NCBI GenBank assembly: GCA_963730235.1 | Contig: CAVSRH010000007.1 | Coordinates: 76,902 to 140,901, forward strand | From: an uncultured Actinomycetes bacterium | GTDB lineage: Bacteria; Actinomycetota; Actinomycetes; Streptosporangiales; Streptosporangiaceae | DNA length: 64,000 nt | Reading direction: 5' to 3' | Shown: piece by piece, positions 8,831 through 21,145 of the stretch | How the letters are laid out: each line of letters begins with the position of its first letter | Position numbering within the stretch: position 1 is the first letter of the stretch | Translations under genes and position numbers: made by a program | Notes under the pieces: model-generated | The model's input: only the letters and a program-made list of their open reading frames with translations | The model's database searches: none | What the model was told of the DNA's origin: nothing

Positions 8831-10567
8831 TTAGACCTCGATGACGGCGAAGCTGGCGGGCGGCATGGCCACGGTGTCGCCGTCCAGGGTGATCGCGGGG
8901 GAGGAGGCGGCGAGTAGCGCGGTGGCCGGTGCGCCCAGCGGGAGGCGCTGCGGGGACGGGCCCAGGCTTGCGGCGATGCGCAGGCGGCCCCGGTGCACCA
9001 CCAGCCAGCGCTCCTGGTCGTCGTGGTCGGCACGGACCCGGTCCAGCCGGGGGTCGGTCAGCTCCGGCCGCGCCCGGCGCAGCGCGATCAGCGTGCGGTA
9101 CCAGGCGAGCATGTCGAGGTAGGCCTCCCGGCGGGGCTGGGACCAGTCCAGCTTGGAGCGGGCGAACGTCGCCTCGTCCTCCGGGTCGGGCACGTCGCTG
9201 GCGGGCCACCCCTGCCGGGCGAACTCCGCACGCCGCCCGCGCGCCACCGCCCTGGCCAGCCCCGGATCCGCGTGGTCGGTGAAGTACTGCCAGGGGGTGT
9301 CCGCGCCCCACTCCTCGCCCATGAACAGCATCGGCGTGTACGGGGCGGTGAGCATCAGCCCCGCCCCGGCCTTGGCCAGCTCCGGCGACACGATGGCGGC
9401 GATCCGGTCCCCGGCGGCCCGGTTGCCGATCTGGTCGTGGTTCTGCAGGTAACACAGGAACCGGTGGGCAGGCACCCGGAAGATGTCCACCTGCCGCCCA
9501 TGGGTCCGGCCGCGGAACTCCGACCAGCGCCCGTCGTGGAAGAACACCCGGGTCATCGTGTGCGCCAGCACGGCCATCGAGCCGAAGTCGCAGTAGTACC
9601 CCTGCCGTTCGCCGGTGATCGCCGCGTGCACCGCGTGGTGGAAGTCGTCGCTCCACTGCGCGGTCAGCCCGTACCCGCCGGCCTCCCGGGAGGTGACCAG
9701 CCGGGGATCGTTGAGGTCGGACTCGGCGATCAGCACCAGGTCCCGGTTCAGCCGCGCGGCCAGCGCCTGCACGTCGGCGGCGAGCTGTTCCAGGAAGTTC
9801 AGCGCCCGGTGGTCCTCGAACGCGTGCACCGCGTCCAGCCGCAGCCCGTCGAGGTGGAAGTCGCGCAGCCACATCAGCGCGTTCTCGATCAGGAACGCGC
9901 GCACCTCGTCGGAGCCGGGCTGGTCCAGGTTCACCGCCGGGCCCCACGGGGTCACGTGCGCCTCGGTGAAATACGGCCCGAAAGCGCCGAGCCGGTTGCC
10001 GATCCCGACGTGGTTGTACACCGCATCGAGCAGCACGGCCAGGCGCCGGGCGTGGCAGGCGTCCACGAACCGCTTCAGCGCGTCCGGCCCGCCGTAGGGC
10101 TCGTGCACGGCCCACAGGTGGATCCCGTCGTAACCCCAGCCGTGCTCGCCGGGGAACGCGGCGACCGGCATCAGCTCCACGGTGTCCACGCCCAGATCGG
10201 CCAGGTGCCCGAGCCGCTCGATCGCGGCGTCCAGCGTGCCGTCCGGGGTGAACGTGCCGATGTGCAGCTCGTAGATGACCGAGCCGTGCAGTGGGCCGCC
10301 CCGCCAGCCGCGGTCGGTCCAGGTGAAGGCGGAATGGTCATACGTGCGGCTCACGCCTTCGCTGCCATACGCCTGCCGTGGCGACCGTGGATCCGGCAGC
10401 GCATCCCCGCCATCGAGCCGGAAGGCATAGTCGGTGCCGTCGGGGACCCCGGCCACGTCGGCGGCCCACCAGCCGGGCCCGGCCGCCGGGGCCATCGGAT
10501 GCCGCTGGCCGCAGGTGTCCACGTCGACGCGTGTGGCCTCGGGGGCCCAGACCCGGAACACCGTCAC
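8831..10567 (-). CDS. treZ: malto-oligosyltrehalose trehalohydrolase
   Basis: 578-aa intact ORF, GTG start. GH13 motifs DAVYNHVG, GLRLDAVHA, LIAESDLND and QWSDDFHHA. Confidence 0.95.
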   Translation of the reverse strand: MTVFRVWAPEATRVDVDTCGQRHPMAPAAGPGWWAADVAGVPDGTDYAFRLDGGDALPDPRSPRQAYGSEGVSRTYDHSAFTWTDRGWRGGPLHGSVIYELHIGTFTPDGTLDAAIERLGHLADLGVDTVELMPVAAFPGEHGWGYDGIHLWAVHEPYGGPDALKRFVDACHARRLAVLLDAVYNHVGIGNRLGAFGPYFTEAHVTPWGPAVNLDQPGSDEVRAFLIENALMWLRDFHLDGLRLDAVHAFEDHRALNFLEQLAADVQALAARLNRDLVLIAESDLNDPRLVTSREAGGYGLTAQWSDDFHHAVHAAITGERQGYYCDFGSMAVLAHTMTRVFFHDGRWSEFRGRTHGRQVDIFRVPAHRFLCYLQNHDQIGNRAAGDRIAAIVSPELAKAGAGLMLTAPYTPMLFMGEEWGADTPWQYFTDHADPGLARAVARGRRAEFARQGWPASDVPDPEDEATFARSKLDWSQPRREAYLDMLAWYRTLIALRRARPELTDPRLDRVRADHDDQERWLVVHRGRLRIAASLGPSPQRLPLGAPATALLAASSPAITLDGDTVAMPPASFAVIEV

Positions 10568-10576
10568 CGGGCAACC

Positions 10577-13021
10577 CTACGCATCGGCCGGGATCAGGAG
10601 CGCCACGGGGAGGCGTAGCGCAACGCCGGACAGCAGTGGGCGCGGGCCGTGGTGTTCCGCACCGGTCAGCACGTCCCGCCAGCGCCCGGCGGGAACCGGC
10701 AGCGCGGTGCCTGCCCAGCCGGCGCGGCGGTGCAGCCCGATGGGCAGCCGGGTGGCGACGGTGATCGCGTGGCCGCGCTGGAAGGCGACCACGTGCCCGG
10801 CCGCCGGGCCGTCGGCGGCCAGCGGGGCGTAGCCGCCGGTGAACCAGTCCGGGTGATCGCGCCGCAGCCGCAGCGCCCGCGAGGTCACCAGCAGCTTCTC
10901 GGCGTCCAGGCCGCCGGGTGCCGCGCCGGCGTCCTGCGCGGCGAGCAGCGCGCGCCGCCTGGCGTAGTCCACCAGGCCCCGGTTGTCCGGGTCCACCAGG
11001 GCGTACCCGGCCAGCTCACAGCCCTGGTATATGTCGGCCGACCCCGGCATGGTGAGCTGCACCAGCTTGGCGCCCAGCGAGTTCGCCCGCGCCGCCGCGG
11101 CGATGCGCCCGGCGAACGCGGCGATCTGCCCGGTGAGGGCGGGGTCGCGCAGCGCGGCCGCGGTGAACGCGAGCACGCCTGCCTCATAGGCCTCGTCCGG
11201 CTGCCGCCACGACGTGGCCGTCTTCGCCTCCCGCATCGCCTTGGTCAGGTAGCGGGCGGCGCGCTCGTACCCGATCGGCCAGGCACCGAGCAGGGTCTGC
11301 CAGAGCAGGTACTCGGTGCCGGGCTCGGGGGCGCCGCCGCCGCAGAGCGCGACGGCCCGCTCGTGCCAGCGGGCGACCTCGGCCGCCCACTCGGCGGGGA
11401 TCTCGGCGAGCACGGCCAGCCGGGCCCGCACGTCCTCCTGCCGCTTGGTGTCATGGGTGGACAGGGTGGTCATCGTGGCCGGCCAGTCCCTGGCGAGCCG
11501 CGCGGCGAACGCGTGGAACTCCGCGGGCCGGATGCCGAGCCGGTCCGGCTCGCCGCCGACCTCGTTCAGCGCGGCCAGCCGGGGCCAGCGGTAGAACGCG
11601 GTGTCCTCGACGCCCTTGGCCATCACCGGGCCGCAGGTCTGCTGGAACCGCACGGCGAACTCCCGGCCCGCCGCTGCTGGCCCGGGGAGGCGACCCCCCG
11701 GAGCCCCCCGATGGCCACTCCCGCCGGATTCGCCCAGCGCGAGCGCGGCCACCGCGGCCAGGGCGGGCCGCAGCCGCGCGGGCAGCCGGCCCGCCGCCGC
11801 GGCCGCCGCGGCCGCCACGATCCCGGCCGAGGTTCCCGGCACGGGCTCGCCCGGCACCACGTACGCCCGGTACACCGGGAACTGGGTGAGCAGTTCGGCC
11901 AGCACGGTGCGCAGGTCACCGTCGGGCAGGCCGCGCAGCGCGGGATCGCCCGCGCGGCCCAGCAGCCGGGCCAGCCGCCGCACCTCGGCGCCAAGGCTGC
12001 CCGTGGCCACCTCCCGCTTGGCGGTCTCGGCCGTGGCGGCGAAGCTGCTGGCGTCACCGGTGAATGCCGTGTACCCGGCGCTGAGCGGGGCCGCCCCGGC
12101 CGGGTCGGTGAACAGGCCGCCGGTCACGCCCAGCGCGTCATAGCCCGTGGTGCCCGCGCACCGCCAGTCCGGCGGCAGTTCCTCCGCCCCGGTGAGGATC
12201 TTCTCGGTGACCACCCAGGCGCCTCCGGTCGCCCTGGCCAGCCGGTCCAGGTAGCCGCGCGGGTCGGCGAGCCCGTCGGGATGGTCCACCCGCAGCCCGT
12301 CGAGGAGGCCCTCGGCCACCAGGCGCAGCAGCAGGCCGTGGGTCGCGGCGAACACGTCCTCGTCCTCGGCCCGGACCCCGATCAGCGAGGTGACGTCGAA
12401 GAACCGCCGCCAGTTGAGTTCGGTGGCGGCGGCCCGCCAGTCCGCGAGCCGGTAGTGCTGGGCGCTGGCCAGGTCCGGCAGCGGCAGGTCCGCGGTGCCC
12501 GGCCGTACCGGCAGCACGTGCTCGTGGTAGCGGAGCACCGGCCCGTCCGGTGCTCCGGTGTCCACCGCGAGGTCGCCGAGGCAGTCCCCGAGCGGCCCGG
12601 CCAGGACCGGCAGCAGCAGCCGTTCGCCGCCCGCCTGCCAGTCGATGTCGAACCAGTGCGCGAACGGTGACCCGGGCCCGTCCCGCAGCACCGACCAGAA
12701 CTGGCGGTTCAGCGACTCGGGGGCGGCGATGGACATGTGGTTGGGCACGATGTCGGCGATCACGCCCAGCCCGTGCCGCCGGAACTCCGCCACCATCTCC
12801 CGGAAGGCGGCCTCGCCGCCCAGGCCCGCGGACAGCCGCGAGTGGTCCACCACGTCGTAGCCGTGCACCGACCCGGGCACGGCCTGCAGGATCGGCGAGA
12901 GGTAGGCGTGCGTCACGCCGAGCGAGGCGAGGTACCCGGCGGCCGCGGCGGCGTCGGCGAACCCGAAACCGGGCTGAAGCTGCAGCCGGTAGGTCGACTG
13001 CGGGGACGGCGCGGCGGGCAC
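10577..13021 (-). CDS. treY: malto-oligosyltrehalose synthase
   Basis: STYRLQLQPGFGFADAAAAAGYLASLGVTHAYLSPILQA, DIVPNHM and GLRVDHPDGL. Start taken at GTG 13021, just before the conserved STYRLQL; the ORF is open to 13165. Sits 9 nt upstream of treZ. Confidence 0.92.
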   Translation of the reverse strand: MPAAPSPQSTYRLQLQPGFGFADAAAAAGYLASLGVTHAYLSPILQAVPGSVHGYDVVDHSRLSAGLGGEAAFREMVAEFRRHGLGVIADIVPNHMSIAAPESLNRQFWSVLRDGPGSPFAHWFDIDWQAGGERLLLPVLAGPLGDCLGDLAVDTGAPDGPVLRYHEHVLPVRPGTADLPLPDLASAQHYRLADWRAAATELNWRRFFDVTSLIGVRAEDEDVFAATHGLLLRLVAEGLLDGLRVDHPDGLADPRGYLDRLARATGGAWVVTEKILTGAEELPPDWRCAGTTGYDALGVTGGLFTDPAGAAPLSAGYTAFTGDASSFAATAETAKREVATGSLGAEVRRLARLLGRAGDPALRGLPDGDLRTVLAELLTQFPVYRAYVVPGEPVPGTSAGIVAAAAAAAAGRLPARLRPALAAVAALALGESGGSGHRGAPGGRLPGPAAAGREFAVRFQQTCGPVMAKGVEDTAFYRWPRLAALNEVGGEPDRLGIRPAEFHAFAARLARDWPATMTTLSTHDTKRQEDVRARLAVLAEIPAEWAAEVARWHERAVALCGGGAPEPGTEYLLWQTLLGAWPIGYERAARYLTKAMREAKTATSWRQPDEAYEAGVLAFTAAALRDPALTGQIAAFAGRIAAAARANSLGAKLVQLTMPGSADIYQGCELAGYALVDPDNRGLVDYARRRALLAAQDAGAAPGGLDAEKLLVTSRALRLRRDHPDWFTGGYAPLAADGPAAGHVVAFQRGHAITVATRLPIGLHRRAGWAGTALPVPAGRWRDVLTGAEHHGPRPLLSGVALRLPVALLIPADA

Positions 13022-15518
13022 TGCTGAGGGCTGCCCCCGGCAGGGCGCCGCGAAACCCCGCCGCCGTGCTGACCCGGGGGAGCACTCCGCCTTCCCCCGG
13101 GGGCAAGCCCCCGGACCCCATGGCCCGGAACCCCCCGATGGCTCAAGGCCCCGTTCCTTCGTCACGGGGCCTTGGCCGCACGTTTAGACCGGTGTTCGCG
13201 GGCAAGACGCTGCTGCGTGACAGGCCGGGCGCAGCAGGGCGGCCGCGCGCCGCGCCGGGACCGCGCGGCCGTGGGGTGGCTCTGGCGCGCGCTGGCCGCG
13301 GTCATCGTCGCCGCCCGCTACCTGATCCTGCTGGGCTGGATCGCCGTGGCGGTCGCCGTCACCCTCTACCTGCCGCCGCTGGCCGCGTCCAGCGGTGTCG
13401 GCGGGCTGATCCCGTCCGGCGCGCCCGCGTTGCGGGCGGAGTACGACGCGGCCCGGATCTTCGGCCTGCCGCTGACCGCCCAGGTGGCCGTGGTCCAGCG
13501 GGATCCCAGCGGGTTCAGCCTGGCCCTGCAGGAGCACGCCGCCCGGCAGGCCGCCGCCGTAGACACCGGCCACGGCGCCCGGATCTCCGGGCTGGCCGCC
13601 GCAGTGCCGGTGGCGAACACCGCGGGCGCCTTTCCCGGATCCAGGGAGCGCTCGACCACGGTCATCACGTTCCTGTACTTCCGGCCGGGCACCTCGATCG
13701 CGGCGCAGACGGCCGGGGGAGAGGCCTTCGCCCACCGGTACGCCGGCGCGCCCGCCGACCACCTGATCGGGGTGACCGGGCCGTCCCCGGCCCAGGACGC
13801 CCAGGGCAACCTGATTCTCAGCTGCCTGCCCTGGGTCGAACTGGCCACTCTTGCGGCGATAGCGCTCATCGTCGGCTGGCACTTCCGGTCCTTCGGCGCG
13901 CCACTGGCGACGCTGTTGTGTGTCGCGGTCGCGTACCTGGTGGCCGTCCGGGCGGTCGCCCTGCTGGCCGGGCGAACCGGCGCCACGCTCCCGCCCGACC
14001 TGGAACCGGTGCTGGTGGTGCTGCTGCTCGGGGTGACCACCGACTACTCGGTGTTCTTCCTGGCCGGCATGCGTTCCCGGCTGGCGGAGGGGCTGAGCAC
14101 GCCGCAGGCGGCCCGGCGCACCACGGCGGAGTACACGCCGATCATCCTGACCGCCGGGCTGGTGGTCGCCGGCGGTGTCGCCGCGCTGACGGTGGCCAGC
14201 GTAGGCACGCTGGCCGCGTTCGGCCCGGCACTGGCGCTCACCGTGGTGACCGCGATGGCGGTGGCGCTCACCCTGGCGCCGGCGCTCATCGCCATCTTCG
14301 GTGGCCTGCTGTTCCGCCCCGGGCCTGTGCGGTTGCGGCGGGCGGCCGCGCGGCGGGACGGGCAGGTGCCGGTCACAGACGCGCCGGATGGCGTGCCGCC
14401 CGGGCGGGTGCCGGCCTGGCAGGGCCGGCTGGCCACCGCCCGGCCGGTGGCGCTGGCCGTGGCGGCCGCGTGCGTGGCCGGGCTGGTGCTGGCGGGGCTT
14501 GGCCTGGGGCACATCCGGCTTGGGTTCCCGCTGATCCGGGCGCTGCCGGCGGCGTCGCAGGAGGTGCGGGCGGAGCAGGCGGCGGGCAAGGGGTTCGCGC
14601 CGGGGATCCTCTCACCCACCGAGATCCTGGTGCTCGGACCGGGCGTCGCGCGGCAGCCCGCCGCGCTGGCCCGATTGCAGCGTGCCCTGGCCCATCAGCC
14701 CGGCGTCGCCGGGGTGCTTGGCCCGGTGACACTGCCCGCGGTGCAGCGTGGCCTGGCCCAGCGCGGCGTTCACCTGATGGTCGCCCGGTCCGGCGACGCG
14801 GCCAGGTACGGGGTGATCGAGCGGAGTGACCCGCTGGGGCCGGCCGCGATCGACCGGGTACGGGAACTGCGCGGCGGCCTGCCGGCCCTGGTCAGGACCG
14901 CCGGGCTGACCGGCGCCCGGGTCGAGGTGGGGGGCGAGACCGCGCTGGTCGGCGAGGCGGTCGACGCGGCGGTATCCGACCTGAGCCGGGTCGCGCTGGT
15001 CATCGGGCTGGTGATCCTGGTCCTGCTGGCCCTGCTGCTGCGCGCGGTGGTGGCGCCGTTCTACCTGCTCGCGGCCAGCCTGCTCGCCCTGCTCGCGGCC
15101 CTCGGCCTGACCGTGTGGATCTTCCAGGACCTGCTGCACTACAGCGGCCTGGTCTACTACGTGCCGTTCGTGGTCGCCGTGCTGCTGATCTCCCTCGGCT
15201 CGGACTACAACGTGTTCGTGGTGGGCCGGATCTGGGAGGAAGCCCGCCGCCTGCCGCTCCGGGAGGCGGTCGCCGTCGCGGTTCCCCGGGCATCGCGCGC
15301 GATCACCACCGCGGGCCTGGCGCTGGCGGCGGGCTTCGGGCTGCTGGCGCTGGTCCCGCTGGCCCAGTTCCGCGAGATCGCGGTCGCCATGGCCCTGGGC
15401 ATCCTGCTGGACACCTTCGTCGTCCGCTCGCTTCTGGTGCCCGCTCTGGTGGTGCTGTTCGGCCGGGTGGGCAGCTGGCCGGGCCGGACCGCCCGGCCGG
15501 TGCGCCGGCTGCAGCGGC

Positions 15519-17684
<2,166 letters not shown>

Positions 17685-17758
17685 GCCTGCCCGTCCCCTC
17701 CTCTTCCAGTGCTGCCAGGCCGTCTTCGCGGCAGCCCGGCGCGGCCGTGCTGCCGCCG

Positions 17759-18848
17759 CTACCCGTGGCCGTTCTCATGGCCGCCGGCCCGCCCTGGCGG
17801 GGTGACCTCCTCGGGCGTCCGCGGCGTCTGGGCCGGCGGCGGCGTGCCGGCCGGCCGGTCGGTGAAGGACACCCGCACCGTCTGCTCCTCGCGCCGCTGG
17901 TTCTGCAGGGCCTGGAGTGCCATCGACGCCCGGTCGGCTTCGGCCAGTGGCGGCTGCACGATAGTACGCGGCCACAGGCGCCGGGTGAGCACCACGTTCA
18001 CCTCGGCGGCGTAGACGGTCGACCTGGACCCCGAGGTAGATCCAGGCGAGGAGCACCAGCACGGTGGCGAAGATCCCATAGACCGAGGCGGTGCGCAGGT
18101 CGTGGTGCACCACGTAGGCGCCAGCCGCGAGCAGCACGGTCCAGGCGATCCCGCCGGCCACGGCACCGGGCACCAGGCTCCTGGCCGGGACCCCCTTGGG
18201 CGTGAGCACCCGGAAGCTGGCCAGGTACAGGCCCACGTTCGCGGCCACGGCGAGGGCCTGGGCGAGGATCACCACGCCGAGGCCGTGATGGCCGTAGGTG
18301 ACCAGGCTGGCCAGCAGCATGCTGGCCACCAGGCCCACGGCGAGCACGCCGAGGAACAGGGCGCAGCGGCCCAGCCTGGGCAGATAGCCGGGCCGGGCGG
18401 GGCCGGGCAGGTTCCACACCTGCTCCATGGTGAACATGCCCGCCTGCGCCAGCCCGGTCGCGCCCCACACCAGGATCAGCAGGCCGATGACGAGGCCTGC
18501 CGCGCTGGCACGGTGCAGCGCGGTGATCTGGCCGACGAGGGTCTTGCCGATCGCCGGGAACTGGTGGCTGACGGCGTTGAGCACCTCGTGCTGCAGGGCG
18601 GGGGAGCCGGACGCGACCTGGACGAGCACGGTCACCAGGATGAGCAGCAGCGGGAACACCGACACGAACGCGGAGTGCGCCATGTTCGCGGCGAGCACGC
18701 CCCCGTTGTCGTCGCCGTACTTCTTGATCACGCCGAAGATGAACGCGGAGCCCCGGTGCCGCTGCTGCGCGGTGTCCACCCGGCGGATCACCCGCTCGAC
18801 CGGGTTCATGCGCTCTCTGCTGCCCGGTAAAGCCCGCCCCAAACTCAC
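17759..18848 (-). pseudogene. YihY/BrkB (virulence factor BrkB) family membrane protein, one frameshift
   Basis: GGVLAANMAHSAFVSVFPLLLIL and the body are in one frame. The conserved C-terminus TVYAAEVNVVLTRRLWPR is in another (ORF 17759-18166). The switch is at about 18020-18030. Confidence 0.8.
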
Positions 18849-18875
18849 CGGGGGTTAGGGGGCAGGCCGGCGCGG

Positions 18876-21002
18876 TTACCGCGGATCCGCGGCCACCGCG
18901 AACAGCGGCCACCGGTCCGTGGTGCTGGTGAGCTGATGGCTGCCCCGGGCGGCGAACGCGATCCCGGATCCGGTGAGCAGGTCCTTGACCGTGCGCGAGA
19001 CGAGGATCTCGGTGGGTCTCGCGAGTGCGGCGACGCTGGCGGCGATGTGCAGCGCCGTCCCGGCGATGTCGTCCCCGGTGCGGTCGATCTCGCCGGTGTG
19101 AATCCCGCAGGCGAGCCGGATCCCGGCCGCGGCGGCGGTGTCGCGGACCCGGGCCGCGCACCGGATCGCCTGGCCCGGTGCGTCGAAGGTGGCGAGGATG
19201 TCCCGGCCGCTGCGCTGGATCCAGCGGCCCCGGTGCGCCTGGACGATCGTCCTGGTGACCGCCTCCCGGCCGGTCAGCGGGCCACGGGGCGCGGGTGGGC
19301 CGGCGCCGTCGTCCGGCGGGCCATCGGCCGCGCGGGCGAGCAGGATGGTGGCCAGCACGCGATCCGGCTCGGCGGGCTGCCCGGTGCTGGTCAGGAAGTC
19401 CGAGATCGCACCGAACAGCGTGTCGCTGTCCCCACTGCCGGCGAACCGCAGCGAATGGTCACCGGGGCCCTCGAAGTAGCGGGCGCCGGCGATGTGGGCG
19501 GCCAGGTACCGGCCGTGGAACGGGGTGGTGATGCGGTCCCCGAGATGCTGGATGACCAGCGTCGGGATGTGGATCGCCGGCAGCACGTCGCGGACATCGA
19601 TCTCCCGGATCATCTCGATCATCTGGAGGAACGCGCTCGGGCTGATCGCCATCCGCTCGAACCGCGCGATGAGCTGGCGGGCCTGCGGTGAGCCCGCGCG
19701 GCTCGGCAGGTACCAGTCGATCGTGTCGCCCTGCCCCCAGCGGTTCTCGGCGATGTCGTGCAGGGCGCGCCACATCTCCTCCGGCTCCGGCCCGCACGGG
19801 TAGCCCGGGGCGGGGAACCAGCGGGCGGCCGCCGACCCGAGGATCAGCGAGGTGACCCGCTCGGGGTAGCTGGCGGCGAACAGGATGCTCATCGGGGCAC
19901 CCTCGGAGTAGCCGAACAGCACGGCCCGCGCCGACCCGGCCGCGCGCATCACCGCCCGCACGTCGTCGATGCGCTGTTCCAGCGTCGCCGCGCCGGGGGC
20001 GCGGTCCGACAGCCCGGTGTCCCGCTTGTCGAACAGGATCAGCCGCCCAAGCGTCGCCAGCCGCTGGAAGAACTCGCTGGTCTCCGGGGTCTCCCAGAGC
20101 AGTTCGAGGTGGCTCATCAGCCCGGGGACGAAGACGATGTCGCGGTCGCCGTGGCCGAGGATCTGGTAGGCGATGCGCACGCCGTCGGCGGCCTGGACGT
20201 AGCGGGTCTGCGGCGGGTCGGCCGCCGCGCCGGTGGCCCGGCGCGGCGCCCGCTGGTCCAGCGCCGGATCCTGGCGCATGATGCGCGCGTGCAGGTCGCG
20301 CAGCGCCGGCCCCGGGTCGATCCCCAGTTCGTCGGCCAGGATCGTGCGCAGGTCGGCGTAGGCGCGCAGCGCGTCGGCCTGCCGCCCCGCCCGGTACAGC
20401 GCCAGCATCCGCATCGACCAGAGCCGTTCCCGCAGCGGGTGAGCCCCGGTGAGCGTCTCCAGTTCGGCGACGGCCTCCGCGTCACGACCGGTGGCCAGCA
20501 GCGCCTCCGCCCGCGACTCCAGTGCCGCCAGGCGCATCTCCTCCAGGCGGCCGGCCTCGGCCCGCACCGAGGGCACGTCGATCCCGGCGAACGCGGGACC
20601 GCGCCACAGGGCGAGGGCCTCGGTGAGCCGCCCGGCTGCCGTAGCGGCGTCCCCCGCCGCCAGCGCGGCGGTGCCCTCGTCGGCCAGGGCGGCGAAGCGC
20701 AGCGCGTCCACGTCGCCGGGCGCCACGGTCAGCAGGTAGCCCGGCGGGCGGGTGGCCAGGCGGCCGTCCTCCCCGGCTGCCCGGAACGCCTTGCGCAGCT
20801 CGGAGAGCCGCACCTGGAGGCTGGCCGCCGCCTTGTCCGCCGGGAGGCCGGGCCACAGCTCGCCGGCCAGCCGGTCGGCCGAGACGACCTGATTGGGCTG
20901 CGCGGCCAGCATCGCCAGCACGGCCCGGGCCCGGGCGCCGCCGAGCGCCAGCGGCCGCCCGCCGGCGGTCACCTCGACGGGACCGAGGACGCTGAGCTCC
21001 AC
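18876..21002 (-). CDS. three-module regulator: SARP (wHTH + BTAD) / alpha-beta hydrolase / class III cyclase-like domain
   Basis: - Start: GTG 21002 (VELSVLGPVEV) with GGGGAG 8 nt upstream; the ORF is open to 21155.
- BTAD: LALWRGPAFAG...RAGRQADALRAYADLR.
- Hydrolase: FVPGLMSHLELLWE and nucleophile elbow GYSEGA.
- C-terminal cyclase-like: ATFDAPGQAIRCA...GIHTGEIDRTGDDIAGTALHIAA. Confidence 0.85.
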   Translation of the reverse strand: MELSVLGPVEVTAGGRPLALGGARARAVLAMLAAQPNQVVSADRLAGELWPGLPADKAAASLQVRLSELRKAFRAAGEDGRLATRPPGYLLTVAPGDVDALRFAALADEGTAALAAGDAATAAGRLTEALALWRGPAFAGIDVPSVRAEAGRLEEMRLAALESRAEALLATGRDAEAVAELETLTGAHPLRERLWSMRMLALYRAGRQADALRAYADLRTILADELGIDPGPALRDLHARIMRQDPALDQRAPRRATGAAADPPQTRYVQAADGVRIAYQILGHGDRDIVFVPGLMSHLELLWETPETSEFFQRLATLGRLILFDKRDTGLSDRAPGAATLEQRIDDVRAVMRAAGSARAVLFGYSEGAPMSILFAASYPERVTSLILGSAAARWFPAPGYPCGPEPEEMWRALHDIAENRWGQGDTIDWYLPSRAGSPQARQLIARFERMAISPSAFLQMIEMIREIDVRDVLPAIHIPTLVIQHLGDRITTPFHGRYLAAHIAGARYFEGPGDHSLRFAGSGDSDTLFGAISDFLTSTGQPAEPDRVLATILLARAADGPPDDGAGPPAPRGPLTGREAVTRTIVQAHRGRWIQRSGRDILATFDAPGQAIRCAARVRDTAAAAGIRLACGIHTGEIDRTGDDIAGTALHIAASVAALARPTEILVSRTVKDLLTGSGIAFAARGSHQLTSTTDRWPLFAVAADPR

Positions 21003-21064
21003 GTGCGGCTCTCCCCAGGATGCGCGGTGCTTGAGCGGCGCCATCGCCAGCCGGCCCGGCGCCC

Positions 21065-21083
21065 GTAAGCCAACGGTAAGCCA
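21065..21083. promoter_or_regulatory. direct repeat GTAAGCCA-N3-GTAAGCCA (11-nt period), candidate SARP box
   Basis: Exact 8-mers at 21065-21072 and 21076-21083, in the spacer between the SARP fusion gene and the divergent methyltransferase gene. Confidence 0.45.
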
Positions 21084-21145
21084 GCGGTGGGCCGGCCGGA
21101 ATCGGGACCGGCCACGCTGGCCGTGCACCCGATAAGGAGACCACC

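Noticed and set aside
13022-13165. N-terminal 48-aa extension of treY to ATG 13165.
   Set aside because: The extension is Gly/Pro/Arg-rich with no TreY similarity. GTG 13021 sits immediately before the conserved STYRLQL block.
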